Of a stretch of 64,000 nucleotides of DNA, positions 15,001-27,300 are shown in pieces. The DNA lies in contig CBDBCZ010000015.1 of assembly GCA_965203295.1 (NCBI GenBank), forward strand, positions 768,001 through 832,000, written 5' to 3'. The DNA is from Nitrospirales bacterium. GTDB taxonomy: Bacteria > Nitrospirota > Nitrospiria > Nitrospirales > UBA8639. Numbering within the stretch: the first letter of the stretch is position 1; each line of letters opens with the position of its first letter. A program made the position numbers and the translations under genes. The notes below the pieces were generated by a model, which saw nothing but the letters and a program-made list of their open reading frames with translations, made no database searches and was not told the origin of the DNA.

Positions 15001-15341
15001 GTCATAACATTTTATTTGTATAAATGCTGTTTTAATATTAGCTTAAATTTCTTCTATTAAAATAATTGTTGCATTGGGCGTCAGAATAGACAGTAAAATT
15101 ATTATTAACAGCAGCTCAAGCTTAAATACCTTGCTGAATGCAGGATGACCTTCTGACTCTTTTCCCTACAACCTCCCACTTCGTAGCTGACGTCGTGGAA
15201 AGCGATGCCATGCAGTTGCCCATGCGGAACACTTCCTATTTTCTCTTCCGTGTGGATATCCACGGCGATGCTCTGTACAGTGCTGCCATACGTAAACTCA
15301 GCAGACGCATCATCTGCAAGTAAAGCCTGAGACGCAGACAT
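1..15341 (-). CDS. ABCG2: ABCG2/white-family ABC half-transporter, copy A (3' end runs off the window start)
   Basis: Phase-consistent GT-AG exons (minus): 15130-15341, 13793-13852 (Walker A GPTGSGKT), 10693-10807 (LLDILADRK...GYVVQ), 7508-7660 ([23 protein letters not shown]), 6056-6213 (signature VSGGERRR, Walker [13 protein letters not shown]), 5547-5701 ([14 protein letters not shown]), 4596-4685 (NPADFFLD), 3626-3804, 2260-2325, 2051-2154, 1573-1662, 877-1001 (HENANGFY), 1-10 (partial). NBD-then-TMD order is diagnostic of ABCG; exact orthology to vertebrate ABCG2 is not established. Confidence 0.93.
2733..3221 (+). mobile_element. pogo/Tc1-mariner-like deletion derivative (copy at ~58056-58491)
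   Basis: TIR tactgtatagtgccaaattttcgaggcaca / tgtccccttgaaaatatggagctatac; internal decayed peptide [18 protein letters not shown] related to the element at 51215-51620. Confidence 0.55.
4890..5291. mobile_element. MITE with ~80-bp TIRs (second copy ~60160-60549)
   Basis: tgtggtaggcacaatcatgcctataattgcactctaac..cctcacaggtcctgca inverted at 5217-5291. Confidence 0.75.
10950..11475 (+). mobile_element. Helentron-associated (HINE/DINE-1-like) non-autonomous element
   Basis: 5' tacccttg, (GTCT)n microsatellite, 3' cacggggtatgtctctgctaaagac (sub-TIR plus stem-loop); related copies at 30440-30903, 56128-56632 (minus) and 9313-9490 (partial). Confidence 0.6.
11900..12520 (-). mobile_element. 3' fragment of a LINE-like (CR1/L2-type) retroelement
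   Basis: Degenerate [21 protein letters not shown]-terminal Cys/His segment in intron 2 of ABCG copy A. Confidence 0.5.
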
Positions 15342-17630
15342 TGCAGCTCAGCTGGAAGTTCTCGTCTCGCGGGCCAGACACCCTCACGAAAAGCATGCAG
15401 GATAGATTTTTGACCTTTTGTTCTCGCAACCGTAATATCTACCACCATAGATAATAGAGCATAACCATCTTAGATAATGGAGCATAACCTATGGTTGCGC
15501 TCTATTGTCACCACCACGGCGCATAATTTTCTGGACTGCTAGCTAGCTAAGCGGAGTAACGCGACACCGCGAAAAATTATGACCTAACCTTAGGTTAGTC
15601 TCGTGCCCAGCCCGGGCCGGGCACGAGAATAACCTTAGGCGCGCTAGGCCTACCCTAAACTTCGCGTAAGTAAGCTTATAATTTTCGCGCTGTCGCAGTC
15701 AGTGTGTTTTAATTGATTTTCAATTATGCTGAAGCAAAAGCTAGTCTATTGGAATGAACAAAAGAATTTTTGGCGTGCAAGTGGAAAAGAATTTCTTCTT
15801 TTGTACTAATAATCAGTGAAACTACTGTGTGGGCTAATCGAGATTGCTCTTTTGTTGCAATTATGGCTCAAAATACGATGACAATAATTTTATAGGAGAG
15901 CTTACAGCATGATTTAAACTTTTCAATAGTTATAAGGGATATTAAACTTGTAACCTGCTGTAGTTGCAGAGTTGTAAGGGGAGATTTTGCCTAATAGTGC
16001 TGATACTTGACCTTTAACTACCTTACAAGCCTCTGTAACTATGGGCAAGATTGATACTTTGATTATCAAAGGTCAGCCTTGCAAATGGCTGACCAATGGG
16101 GAAACATTAACTCATAAATAGAGAGAAGAAATTCACCTAATGACCATATAGGATATCTTAAATTGCAAGCTTGTACATATATATGGGTACAAGGTATGGG
16201 ATGAGAAAGATAGCCAGGCTACAATGGCTAGTTTTCTTTTTATTTAGTATGATGATGTAGCTACGTACATGTAAGCTACAATGTGCACGTACCTTCTGTC
16301 ATTTGCTAGTGACCTGGAGTAAATAGATGCGGGAAGACCATGTACGTAACACACAGTTGATTAATGTAAACTTTTGCAGCTAATGTGATGCTAGTGTAAC
16401 ACCAACTAGTGTATCTACCTACAGAGTATTTCTTGTTCATGAGCTATAAATAGTCATTTACATGTACTAAGTAGCTTGTTGTTTGCGTGTGCATACAGGC
16501 CAGGTGACATTCGGCCAATCAGTTTTCTTTTTTAATTTAGTCAGGTGACATTTTAAATGCACAGTTTGCATACTTTAGTGTGCATTTATGTGTAGTATAA
16601 CCATGGATAATATAGTACTTATTATCCATGGCATATAGCTTATCTGGTACTACATATAACCTGTGTTTCATACGTATGTACTGTTATTATTATGCAACCA
16701 GTGATTGTTATGTAATTTACAGAAACCACTAGCGAGGCAAGAGGATAATACAGCAGCATACAAAGTTTAGGGCAAGCACTCTGTGCATCTTCAGTATGCC
16801 TTGAACTACCACTGCTCATTCCTTCTGTTGACAGCTACACATGTAACAGGTCTGTAAATCATAAAGCCAACAAGAAGCACAACCACAGCTATTATATATA
16901 TGCACAATGATAACTACAGATATGGCTGTTTCAAATGTGCAAGGTTAGTTTTGATTCAGCAAAAACAGGTTCAAGGTCACGCTACCTGCAGTTACTGTAG
17001 GGCTCTAGGCAGTGCACATGTGCATGTATAGTGGTTAAATGCCGACTTTAGTAGCCTTGTACCCAGACCTATACCGCAAAAAATCTCATTCCATTTGGTC
17101 TGGGTACAAGGCTAGAATTTAGCTTGAAGATCCTAAAAAAGACTGGGTGTAGTTCTACATGTACACTACACGATCATTGTTGGGTTTCCAAATTCCAAAA
17201 TTGTTTAATAAATCAGAATTTGCAGTTTCGCCTTTGGCGACACGGCCTTCTTCGTGTAAGTGGTGTAAATTAAGTCTGCAAGTGACGAAAAGCTGGATGA
17301 GAGCCTGGGACCGAGGCTACAAAGATGGCCCATGGCCCAGAGGAGGTCGGAAGCGTATGCGGATGTAAACGGAATTCCGTCTACGTACGCTTATGCGATG
17401 ATGTCATGGCTCCACGAAGAGCCAATCATCCTGGGAAGTGAAAAGGATCATACATGTACAAACATTTAAACTATTATAGCAGCTTTTTCATAGTCAATAC
17501 CAGCTAGAATACTAGATTCACCAATTCACTGAGGTCAAGGTTAGAAATCATAAGTTAAATTTAAGTCTTGTTCTGCTGTAGTCTCATTTAATAACTGTAC
17601 TACCGGTATGCAATTGTGCAGATTACAAAC

Positions 17631-18125
17631 CTGCACGGCATAGCCTGCAAGGACACGAAAGTTTCTTCTCCAGTGATGAGTACAGCACCGCTCAAACCAG
17701 CCTTTTGATCTGCAAGGATGTCCAGCAACCTACAATATGTACGTATTCACTTACAGTTATATATCTCTCTGTACGTGTATGTCATGCATGTCACTTTGCA
17801 CAATTTTGTTTTGCAGTATGATGCGCTGTTGACTTTCATTTGCTAAGGTACACTACACACCACACACCGTCTGACTTAATTGCACAGTTACTGCTTCCTT
17901 TGCTTCCAAGCCATTTTAGAGGGCAAGCAAAGGACAGCAGAGTAATGCAGGTTCTCACACATGCACACTGTCAGTGTACCCATAGATAATATAGCTCCGT
18001 AATGAAGCTATACTATCTATGGTGTACCCATCACAATGGCGATGCTATTCTGCTTTCAAAATAATCCATGGCTGTATGCCATTCGACTTGGAATGACACA
18101 CTAGTAGCTAATAGTGATCATAGCC
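17631..18125 (-). pseudogene. Degenerate ABCG pseudo-exons
   Basis: 17631-17729 LLDILADQKAGLSGAVLI..GYAVQ (99 nt vs 115 nt in intact copies, frameshifted); ~17870-17995 MGTLTVCMCENLHYSAVLCLPSKMAWKQRKQ* (exon-4-like, stop); ~18022-18047 IAIVMGT; ~18050-18120 SLLA..AMDYFES (weakly exon-6-like). Confidence 0.75.
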
Positions 18126-19109
18126 TGAAAATGTAAGAATAAGTATAAAAATAGAATCCACTCGTGATCACAGGCCCAATACTTTCACATCAACTCACCT
18201 CTGGACGAACTTCACGTGTTACTCTGGTTGTAGAGTGTTGGTAGGTCAGCTGATCGCCTTTAGCTATCTTAGCAAGGGATCTCAAATAAAAATTATTCCT
18301 CGTACCTGTGATGACATTTACATAAAAAAAACATTAATATTCTGCAGCAAAACAGCAGCAGGATGAAACTTACTATTATGGAATGTGTCAAAGGCCAAGT
18401 AGGCTGCTCCTTTAAAGTTGTGGCAAGCCTCACATTCGTGCCCATATACATTCTGGCTTGGATGTGCTGCAATACGAAATGTAGATAATTTCCTGTGTGT
18501 ATATACATATTTGGTACTGTAACAACAATACACCTCTGCTCCTTTGAGTGCACTGTGAACGGGAGATCTCAGCTGATCAGGTTACATGTATCTACCATGT
18601 TTTTAGCATGCCCAATTGACTATAGGAGGTCATGTACAATTTCCTGTCCCTAGCCCTTGATATAGCTAACAACGTCAGCTTTGCCAGAGTCAGTAACGAG
18701 AAACAATTCTGGAGATGATTCAAAAGGCTGGAAGAAAGCAACGAAGGCGTGTCGCAACAGACTGAGCTGACACAGCGGGCACGTATGGGAATCTGCCGTA
18801 GACTGCTCTGAAGAAATCTACTGGTGTCATAAGCTCAGAGAATCTATTAAAAAGCTCGGCCTAGCCTACATATGCATTTCATGGATGAATATGCAAAAAG
18901 TAATACCTGACATAATGTAAACATCAAAATTCTAGTACACTAGCCTGGTACCCCGGTAACATTAAGTCTGATGTACACACTTTGTGCACTGTTGTATACA
19001 AAGCACTGCTCTTATGCTACTTGTACATGTTTACATTCCCCCACTAACCAGGGTATAAATGTGAACACACGTAAGGGTAGCCTGCAAGAGCCTGGAAACA
19101 AGGCTAATT

Positions 19110-19567
19110 TAAGGGTATATAGCTAGTGTGCAGTCAAACACTGCATTCTTGATCTGACAGTCAAACTTATATACATGTAGCAGATAACTGATCATGTGCA
19201 CTATTGAGTATCCATGACATTGGACAGACTGAAGTTCCCACCTCGCAATAGCAGTGCAAGCTGTGGCACCAGAGGTCTCATACTCTCAGCACACTTTCTA
19301 TTTTTACTAGTTCTTAAGGGTAGCTAGTGTGCTGTAAATTCTTCATCAACTGAACCATACTGCAGCTTGTCAATGGCAAGGTAAAGTCAAACACTGCATT
19401 CTTGATCTGACAGTCAAACTTATATACATGTAGCAGATAACTGATCATGTGCACTATGAGTATCCATGACATTGGACAAACCGGAGTTCCCCACTCGCAA
19501 TAGCAGTGCAAGCTGTGGCACCAGAGGTCTCATACTCTCAGCACACTTTCTATCTCTACTTGTTCTT
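19110..19567. repeat. Local direct duplication (~180 bp, offset 253)
   Basis: gtcaaacactgcattcttgatctgacagtcaaacttatatacatgtagcag... at ~19134 and ~19387. Confidence 0.85.
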
Positions 19568-19892
19568 AAACTACATGAAAACTGGAGTTACATACTTGTT
19601 ACCTTTGTGCTTACAGCCTAGGCCTATATCGTTTCCTCTCTTGCAGTGGTGCAGAAGAGGATACAGCGTACCAGAACACCGGCCATGGTACAACCAGATA
19701 GCACTGACTTACACATCTGCTTAGACTTGTGACTAAATGACGTGTGTCTACTGGGACAACATGCAAGCGTCACAGACACAGATTTTAAACGCGCATCTAT
19801 AATATCTTGCTTACACGTACGCGTCAGCAAACGCGACGGTGGGTGGGGCTGAGGCGGAACTTGATTCTATAATTAGAGGGTAAGAAACAAAA

Positions 19893-22800
19893 ATGGCAGT
19901 TCGACAGAGAAAACCGTTACCAAAATCTACCTGCGCTTCCGATGAGCTTTCGGCGACTCTGCAGGAATGTGCAAATGCATCAGCAAAGAAGTTAAACGGC
20001 AGTGAATTTGGTGACTGCTTATTCACCGCTGCTGAAAAACTCGACATCAAGATGAGTTCAAAACGTATGAAGCTCAGGCGACCAACCGGTACTTCCTATT
20101 GTTGTTATTGCTTCAGAGTGATTTGGGGCTGCTTCCTCCTTTTGGTAGCTATTGGATTCCTTGTTTCACGTAATGAACCTGCCAGCTCGTATTTACACAG
20201 GACCATTCATACGAGAATATACAGTGATATTGTGCGTCCAGTGAGGTTAGGCCTCTTAGCAGTTGGTTCGTATTTGAAAGCTGCTGGAATTGATGTTTTC
20301 CATGACTGTGTGGTGGAGAACCCATTCTTAAGGTCAACAGAACAGTGTGTTTGTATGCACACAAAGGAGGCTACAGAAGTAACTTTGGATGGATCTGTGC
20401 TACCATTTTCGGTTTACGAAAATCCAAAAGAGATATATGTTCTGAGAAATGTAGTGGATTCAAAACTCAGCCTGGAGCAGCTTCAAGATTTTCACATATC
20501 TCATGGAAAGAACCCCCCTGCTTGCCTTGAAATTGGAAATGAAGGACAGAGTGGACCACTTTTCTATCGACAGCTTTTCGACAAACCACAGATGTTGAAG
20601 TTTTTGACATCTAATGAGTCCTGGAGCTTTACATGGTAGGAGTGTGCAAGACTTTGTTGTTTGCTGATCAGCTCGTGAAGATTTCTATCGTTAACTTTTT
20701 CCCCTATCATTTCAGGGCTGAGTGTCCAGATCCAGTATCACAACTCTCTTTTCGTTCATTACTACCTTCTCCATCTTACTTACCTCATGGACTGTATCTA
20801 CACAGCAATTCCCTTTTCTCCATTAGTACACAGTGGGGAACAGCTGGACATATTGTTGTAAGTTATAAATTCTATATTTATGAATTTCAGAGAGCCACCA
20901 CTATTGCAAGGGATAGTTTTTTCCCCTGCCTATGTATCAATGTACAATTTCCCTGTTGCTATGTCATGGTTAAGGTAGGAGGACCTTCGAATCCGCGTGA
21001 TTCTTCTCATAAATAATTAATGAGTGATGTCACTCGAGTGGCACTAATTAATATGTTTGCATTTTCCCATGGTGGCAACCGGAATCAACAGGAGGGGTGT
21101 GTCACTTTGATGTGGATAGCAGCTCTTTCATGTGCAATATCGGCACTTTGATGTAGTTGAGCGGTACTAGTACTCTAATGTTGGCTTTCAACACTTTTTT
21201 TTAAATATGACCTCGTAATTATAGTGACAAGTAGACTGTGAATGGCTGAATGGCTAGCTAGTGTGTTGTAGAAAGATTGTTAGGCTGCTTGAGTGCCTAG
21301 AAGTCACCCAGACAGACGAATGTTGACAGGCAGTTGCCCATCTCAGGTAGACTAGAATAGTGACCTTTCTGGCCGGTAGGCTTTGCCCACTTTTGTACTG
21401 TACGACTTTCTAGCTAGCTATGTGAAAATCTGTGGAGATTTATAGGGAGTGCTTGGCGGGTGGTTCTCAGTAACCGAGGGGTGAGTGGAAAATCCCATCC
21501 CTAAATTTTCTGTGAGTAGGTTGAAGTTTGTAAGGCAGGGCTCGAATTTGTGGATTATTTAGCAGAAGGTGTGATCAAATGCCTCAATTTGAGATAGACT
21601 TTTATGTTCTTAACCAGGCCATCCATTTGATTTGGGTATTCCAAGACCAGGGTCCTCCTACCTTAACAAATCTGATATTTCTTATCAGAAAATCAGCCAA
21701 GAACGTTTTAAACTAACTGCAGTTGTAGAGCTATAACAGGCTGTCTGTCTCATCCTGCATAAGTAGATAAGTAGGCAAGCTCAGTATAGCAAAAGTGGCA
21801 ACTCTTGTGTACTTCAATTAGCAGCTGTACCTGATGATCATTGCGCTGTGACATGTGGGTAGTCTGTGCATGTATTGCGGTATGTATTGTCGCTTGTTCC
21901 ATTGGTTTTTGGGGAAGTATTTTTTGGTGGAAGTGCAACCCTACATGACTTGTTTTTGCACTTTTTGGCAAAGTGCTTTTTTTCCTTATAGAAGAGAATT
22001 GGAATCCTTGTTCACAGTTTTGCCTAATTGTAACCATTAAATTTTGGTAGTGTAAGATTGAACGTGTGCATGCTGTTGCTTGTTTCAGAAGCTTTGTATT
22101 TGGTTACAGAAGTTATTGTTGTGTTATGTGTTATGATATTGATATGCACACACACACACACACACCATCATGCATATACACAGACTTCACTAATGTCTTC
22201 TATCACTCTGGTGAATGTCTTAGAGGGAGAAGCGAGGTTTTATATGAGTTCACTAGGAGATCACTGTTTTGACTACTGCACTGCACTCAAGCACCATCCC
22301 ATACTCAAAGCAGGAGATATTAGTAGGTTACTAGTACATTCTTGGGTAGTGTAAGATTTATGTATGAGTAGCACTATACTACTCTTTGAAAGATCAAAGG
22401 CATTATGTAGTGTGTTGGACAAGTTACAAAACATTCTGCAAACAGTTTACCCAAAAATGACTCCTGTGAATTTATTCCCCACTAGGGACTTGAATGTAGC
22501 TAACCACTTGCCTGAACTTGAAGCTAGCCTCCAGTAACCATAGAAACTGGGGGGGGGGGGGGGCTTGCTAGACTCTTAATTAGGCTTGAAAGCAGTAACT
22601 TATCATGTTGTCCACATCCTGATTAAATTATGAAAGCATGCAGGAAAAGTTGTCCTGGGTAAAGCCCAGGATAGTGATAGCTATTTTGTCCTATTTTATT
22701 TCAGAAAATAAAGCAGCATGTGGACAACAAGTTATCATTGCCTAATTAAGAGTTCATTCCTCCAGTGTCTATAGAGAGCCCTCCAGTTTAGCTTTTAGCT

Positions 22801-23347
22801 CAATTCAAACTCAAACTAGTGGCTAGCCGCATTCATGTTGTACTAGAGTCCACTGGAGAGCTATTTCAGACTTCTGGAAAGCTGCTTTGAGTTCAGGTTT
22901 GTGTAGGAGAATGTTTGTAACTCTACAACAGTGACAACACTTTAAATTTGTCCAGCACACTGATGCCTTTGATCTACTAATTAGGATGCGACAATATAAC
23001 TAGTACTCTCACTTTATATTTGTACTACACGACAGTTGGTCCTCCTCCAAGTCCCAGTATTACCGATGTACCATAGATGCATGTCGTACTGCTGTATTAT
23101 GGATATATTGGCGAAGTTATTTTTGTAATTCTTAGATACGTAGCTATGTGTGCCTGCATATGAGACAGGTTCTGTCTTTTTAATTAAACAAGAAAGTCCT
23201 GAATATGGACACAGTGAGTGTTAATGAATTTTTCCCACAGTGGTGTTTGATGAACACTATTGGACCTACCAGCTGGAGACTTGGAGTAATATTTCAATCA
23301 CCTTGGTAACATCACTTGTGACGTCTCCACCATTTAGTTATGACTAA
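19893..23347 (+). CDS. C6orf89: C6orf89 / bombesin receptor-activated protein (BRAP)-like membrane protein, ~376 aa
   Basis: Exons 19893-20635, 20716-20857, 22184-22322, 23241-23347 (1131 nt, open, ends TAA). N-terminal hydrophobic segment (VIWGCFLLLVAIGFLV), RPVRLGLLAV, and C-terminal EGEARFYM..HCFDYC..LKAGDIMVFDEHYW resemble, from memory, the C6orf89 motifs IRLMSLPI and SGEAMLQL..CRRHC..EPGDIGYVDTTHW. Confidence 0.75.
20974..21662. mobile_element. Non-autonomous Kolobok-like DNA transposon
   Basis: TTAA (20970-20973) ggtaggaggacc ... ggtcctcctacc TTAA (21663-21666): perfect TIR, TTAA target duplication, GG..CC termini. Confidence 0.75.
22391..22975. mobile_element. Foldback/MITE with long imperfect inverted repeats (C6orf89 intron 3)
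   Basis: agatcaaaggcat..gtgtgttggacaa pairs with ttgtccagcacactgatgcctttgatct; inner ttaattaggc..ttgtccacat pairs with atgtggacaa..gcctaattaa. Confidence 0.7.
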
Positions 23348-24307
23348 TCGCATTACTCCCATAGGCCAAGTGTGATTATTCATACTTGCACACTTGTTTG
23401 TAATGACACTGTTTTAGCTAGAACTACAGCATCACATAGAATCGAGTGCAATTTGGACGTTTGTAAATTGCCTATTGTTCATGCCCAAATCAGCCTTGTA
23501 TCCAGGTCTTCCCACTCTAGCTACAAAACTAAGTGTGAGGCTACCCAGATTACACTCAATTTCATGTAATTATGTAATCATAATCCACCAACTGGACAGC
23601 TTTTGTTATGTAAATTACTGTCGTGCATGTCATTGTACTAACTGGTAGTGCTTTTAGTTTAGATTACTTGCCCTCTCAATTAATTAGTGAACAGCGTAAC
23701 CAACAATACATGTTGAGGTCAGAATGGAATGTATCCTTCCATGCAATAGGATGTACACGTTCTTTAAAGGTAAACATGTAGTTGCACTATGTATACAGGT
23801 AAAGCTCAACTGCACTTATGAGCATGAATGGGTCATTCACCCACTCATTATTGCAGTGAACTTTACTCTGCGACTGGTGCCTATACGTAGTGCAACTACT
23901 GTACTACATTTGCACAAATGTAGTACAGTACACTATGTACACCAGTCACAGAATAAAGTTAACTAGCCTGTAAATCGCTAATGAATGGGCTAGTGATTAA
24001 AGGTAAGCTCAATAAAATCTGCATTTGTTAAGGAAGTGGTCACTTATTAATTTGTAGTTTTTTGGTTGCTGTTGCCAACTGCTGAACCCGCTAGTGTATA
24101 ATGATATGTTTCCACACCTGTATCCTTGCATGGGATGCATATGAGCTACTAGGAACAATTATGGATAGAGCAATTATTGCATGCTTCAAGGTATGAATTG
24201 GTTGGTAATAATGCCATGATACAAATCACATAGCATAAAGCATAATTATACTGTCCCTGTCACTGGCTATAGAGGTGATTATAAGAATTGCATATAATCC
24301 GCATACT

Positions 24308-27300
24308 TTACTTATCCTTCTTAATTGAAAGAAGAATGATATAGGCAATGAAAAGAAAAACCACAGAAAAAAGTACAAGGGCAAGTTGATCATACCACAA
24401 CCAGTCAACCTGATACCCAATTAGACTCAGCTGTTCCAGACCATCAAATGTACACATTGAAGTGTTGAAACTACAGTCAGCGGTGGTATTCACAGTGCTG
24501 AGCAGACTAATATCAATGGCACTGCAAAAGAATATTTCATAGCTCATTGTAAATCTCTTTAAATGAGCACACTACATACAAATTAGCATAATACCCAGTA
24601 GTACTGTAGAGAATCATGTAAATCTTGGCCCTACAGTTTTTAAACTGGGGCTAACTAACCATGGTCCACTGAACACCAGCCCATCCATTTCATTAATAGC
24701 CATTGCCTGTGCAAGGAAATATATATCACAGGTTATAAGAGCACTAACACTTCTGAATCATTCACAGTGAATGCCTCTGCTCACTCAGAAAACGTTTAGC
24801 TAGTCAGCATTGGTGGCACTCACTCTGTTAACCAATTATTAGAAAATGTTCCTTCTAAGATGACAAATTCAACACAGAGCTAGTTTTACAAGCTATGGTT
24901 GGCTAGTTTGTGAAATTGGGATTAGATCTAGTGTGACAAATGGTGCTCATTTACCTACCTCAATACTGTATCGTATAAAGCTAAGGAACTTCATCCACTC
25001 AATCCAACCAGGAAGGGACTGGAGTGCTACAAGAAGACCCCCAAACAGCTGTGTATAAACAAAAGCAGGAGTACTAACTGGTACATACACATACACGACT
25101 CTACAAAGAGAAACCTTTGTTGGGTGTACACAAGTAAATTTGTAGTACTCCGTGAGAACTTTCTACACTCATGGGCTTCATTTGGTATACATCAATATAC
25201 CCTGTACCAAGAGCCCATTAGCGCCGCGAAGCGCTCCTGCCTGTAATATATTTTGTATTACACCTCAGGTAAAAAGGAATGCAGTGCAGAATTTGTAAAT
25301 TATTCAGTGATCAAGATTAGTGAAGCTGTAAAGGTCTCTGCAAAGGAAACAACATCACATGTAGGATCAGAAAGTCTAGGTTTGGGAGGGAATAGGGCAA
25401 GGAGCTCTTTCTTGCTTCCAAAGCCAGACAGCTCGTAATAAAACTCATCACCACAATGACTTATCATTTGCCTAGCTTGGTATTTAGTTTGGTATTTAGT
25501 GTGCACTACACTAATGGCCAGCACGATACCTGACAGATAATGAAGGGAGGTGTAGCTAAAGCGTTAGCCTCGTGCCTAGGCTCTTCCCTTCCATGCAAAA
25601 AGCCTGTGCATGAAGTGCGCACGAACATGTTAAATTGATAGGCTGAAGGTAGAGGTCCACTGACAGCAGTCGTGTATTGTTGAGAAAGAAGCAGTCTTTG
25701 TTTTTCAGTAAATGAACACTGATTAATATGTGTATCTATTGTTATTTGGTTATTCTGGTACGAGTTGTTTACAGCATTCATTTTGGTCTCTATGATAGGC
25801 ATATAGCATCTGGCCTTGGGCCCTATATGTAGCATACACCTCATACTTGAATATAGCCAAGCTACTGCTGTATTGCCCTGACTACAGGGCTATTAATATG
25901 CTATTTCCGTGTTGGTTCTGTGTGTGTTCATAGTAAAACTACATGTGTGTAGTATCCTATAAAGGAAAACTGTCCAATATCCACTGAGTGATTTTGGATG
26001 GGTTGATGAACAGGGCATTTAGGGTTATTGGAAGGTGTGTACGATGCATAATAAATTTATTACTGTATGGAGCGATAGCCATCCAATATCACTGGACATT
26101 GACTTATCTTGCTTACAATAGGCTCGTCCTTTAGACACAGACTTGTCCAATATCCAGTGATATCAGATTGCTACCCATTCAATAGCATAAATTTAAAACT
26201 GTTGAAAAACTAATACCCTTACCAAGGACACCACATAGACAATAGAGATGAACAGGTTAGCAACAGAAGCGACATTGACTGCAGCACTGATGGAAAAGGA
26301 TATGGAGACTGCAGCAATATTACCCAACATTATTGTCAGAAAATAGATGAAAAACTTGTCTGCAGCCAGTTGCAAACCTGTAGCAAAACAATCATTGTAC
26401 TGGGATTTACCTCTATGTAAATGTAAGATTCTAACTATTTTAACTAGATTGGCTATATTGCTTAAATTTACCACTAATCAGATTAATTTTAGTAAAACTC
26501 TGAGATAATGTCTACAACTGGAAGTTAAATGAGTACATCAATTACAGTACAAGTTTAAAGTATGTAGTGGACAAACCAATCATAAAGTAGGTGATGATGG
26601 CAAAAACGATGTTGGGGAGGATCCTAAGAGGAATGATATCTGTCAGAACCTTAGCAAAAAAGAAAGCAGATACACTGTAGTAGCCACTTGCATTCTCATG
26701 ACTGGAGGAGGGAAAAGAGGTATGGGAGGGGAGGGAGAGGATAATGAAACATACCTCAACCACTGGACAGTAATTCAGCTTTATAAATGAGATAAGTGTA
26801 TGAGCTAGCTCTATTCTGCTACACTCACCCTCTGTTGTAATGTATAGCCAGAAAAATTGATGGGACCATATCCGTATATTTGAATGTGCAAAGACACGTA
26901 TCACTGCAATACTAAATGCAATCTATGTGAAACATGGTTGTTTTACAAGAGGCATTGCTAGCAACAACAACTTGGGAATGAAGCATTTCTGATGTACCAT
27001 GACAGAGATATGGGACGGAGTTCGCGACACTCTCAATTATGCTATTAGCATGGCACATATCTCATGAACGGAGAATGCTGCAGCTTGGTTGCTATTAGTT
27101 AAAGGTAGGTATTTGTATTGTTCCAAAATCATTGAATGTTCATTCTGACAAGTGGTTAGTGAGATAGTTTAAAATTGTCAAAAAAAGTGGGATACAGCCC
27201 CTTTCCACAAATCCAGGTCACAAATATGGGTGGAAGGTAATACGGGGGGAAATAAACTTTGCAGAACTGTCACCGTTCGGTAAACCGGCAAATTATCCAG

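Noticed and set aside
18600..19830. Minus-strand gene divergent from C6orf89 (splice-like sites near 19600-19715, PVDFF peptide near 18815)
   Set aside because: No consistent spliced ORF could be built; a non-coding or pseudogenic transcript is possible but unsupported
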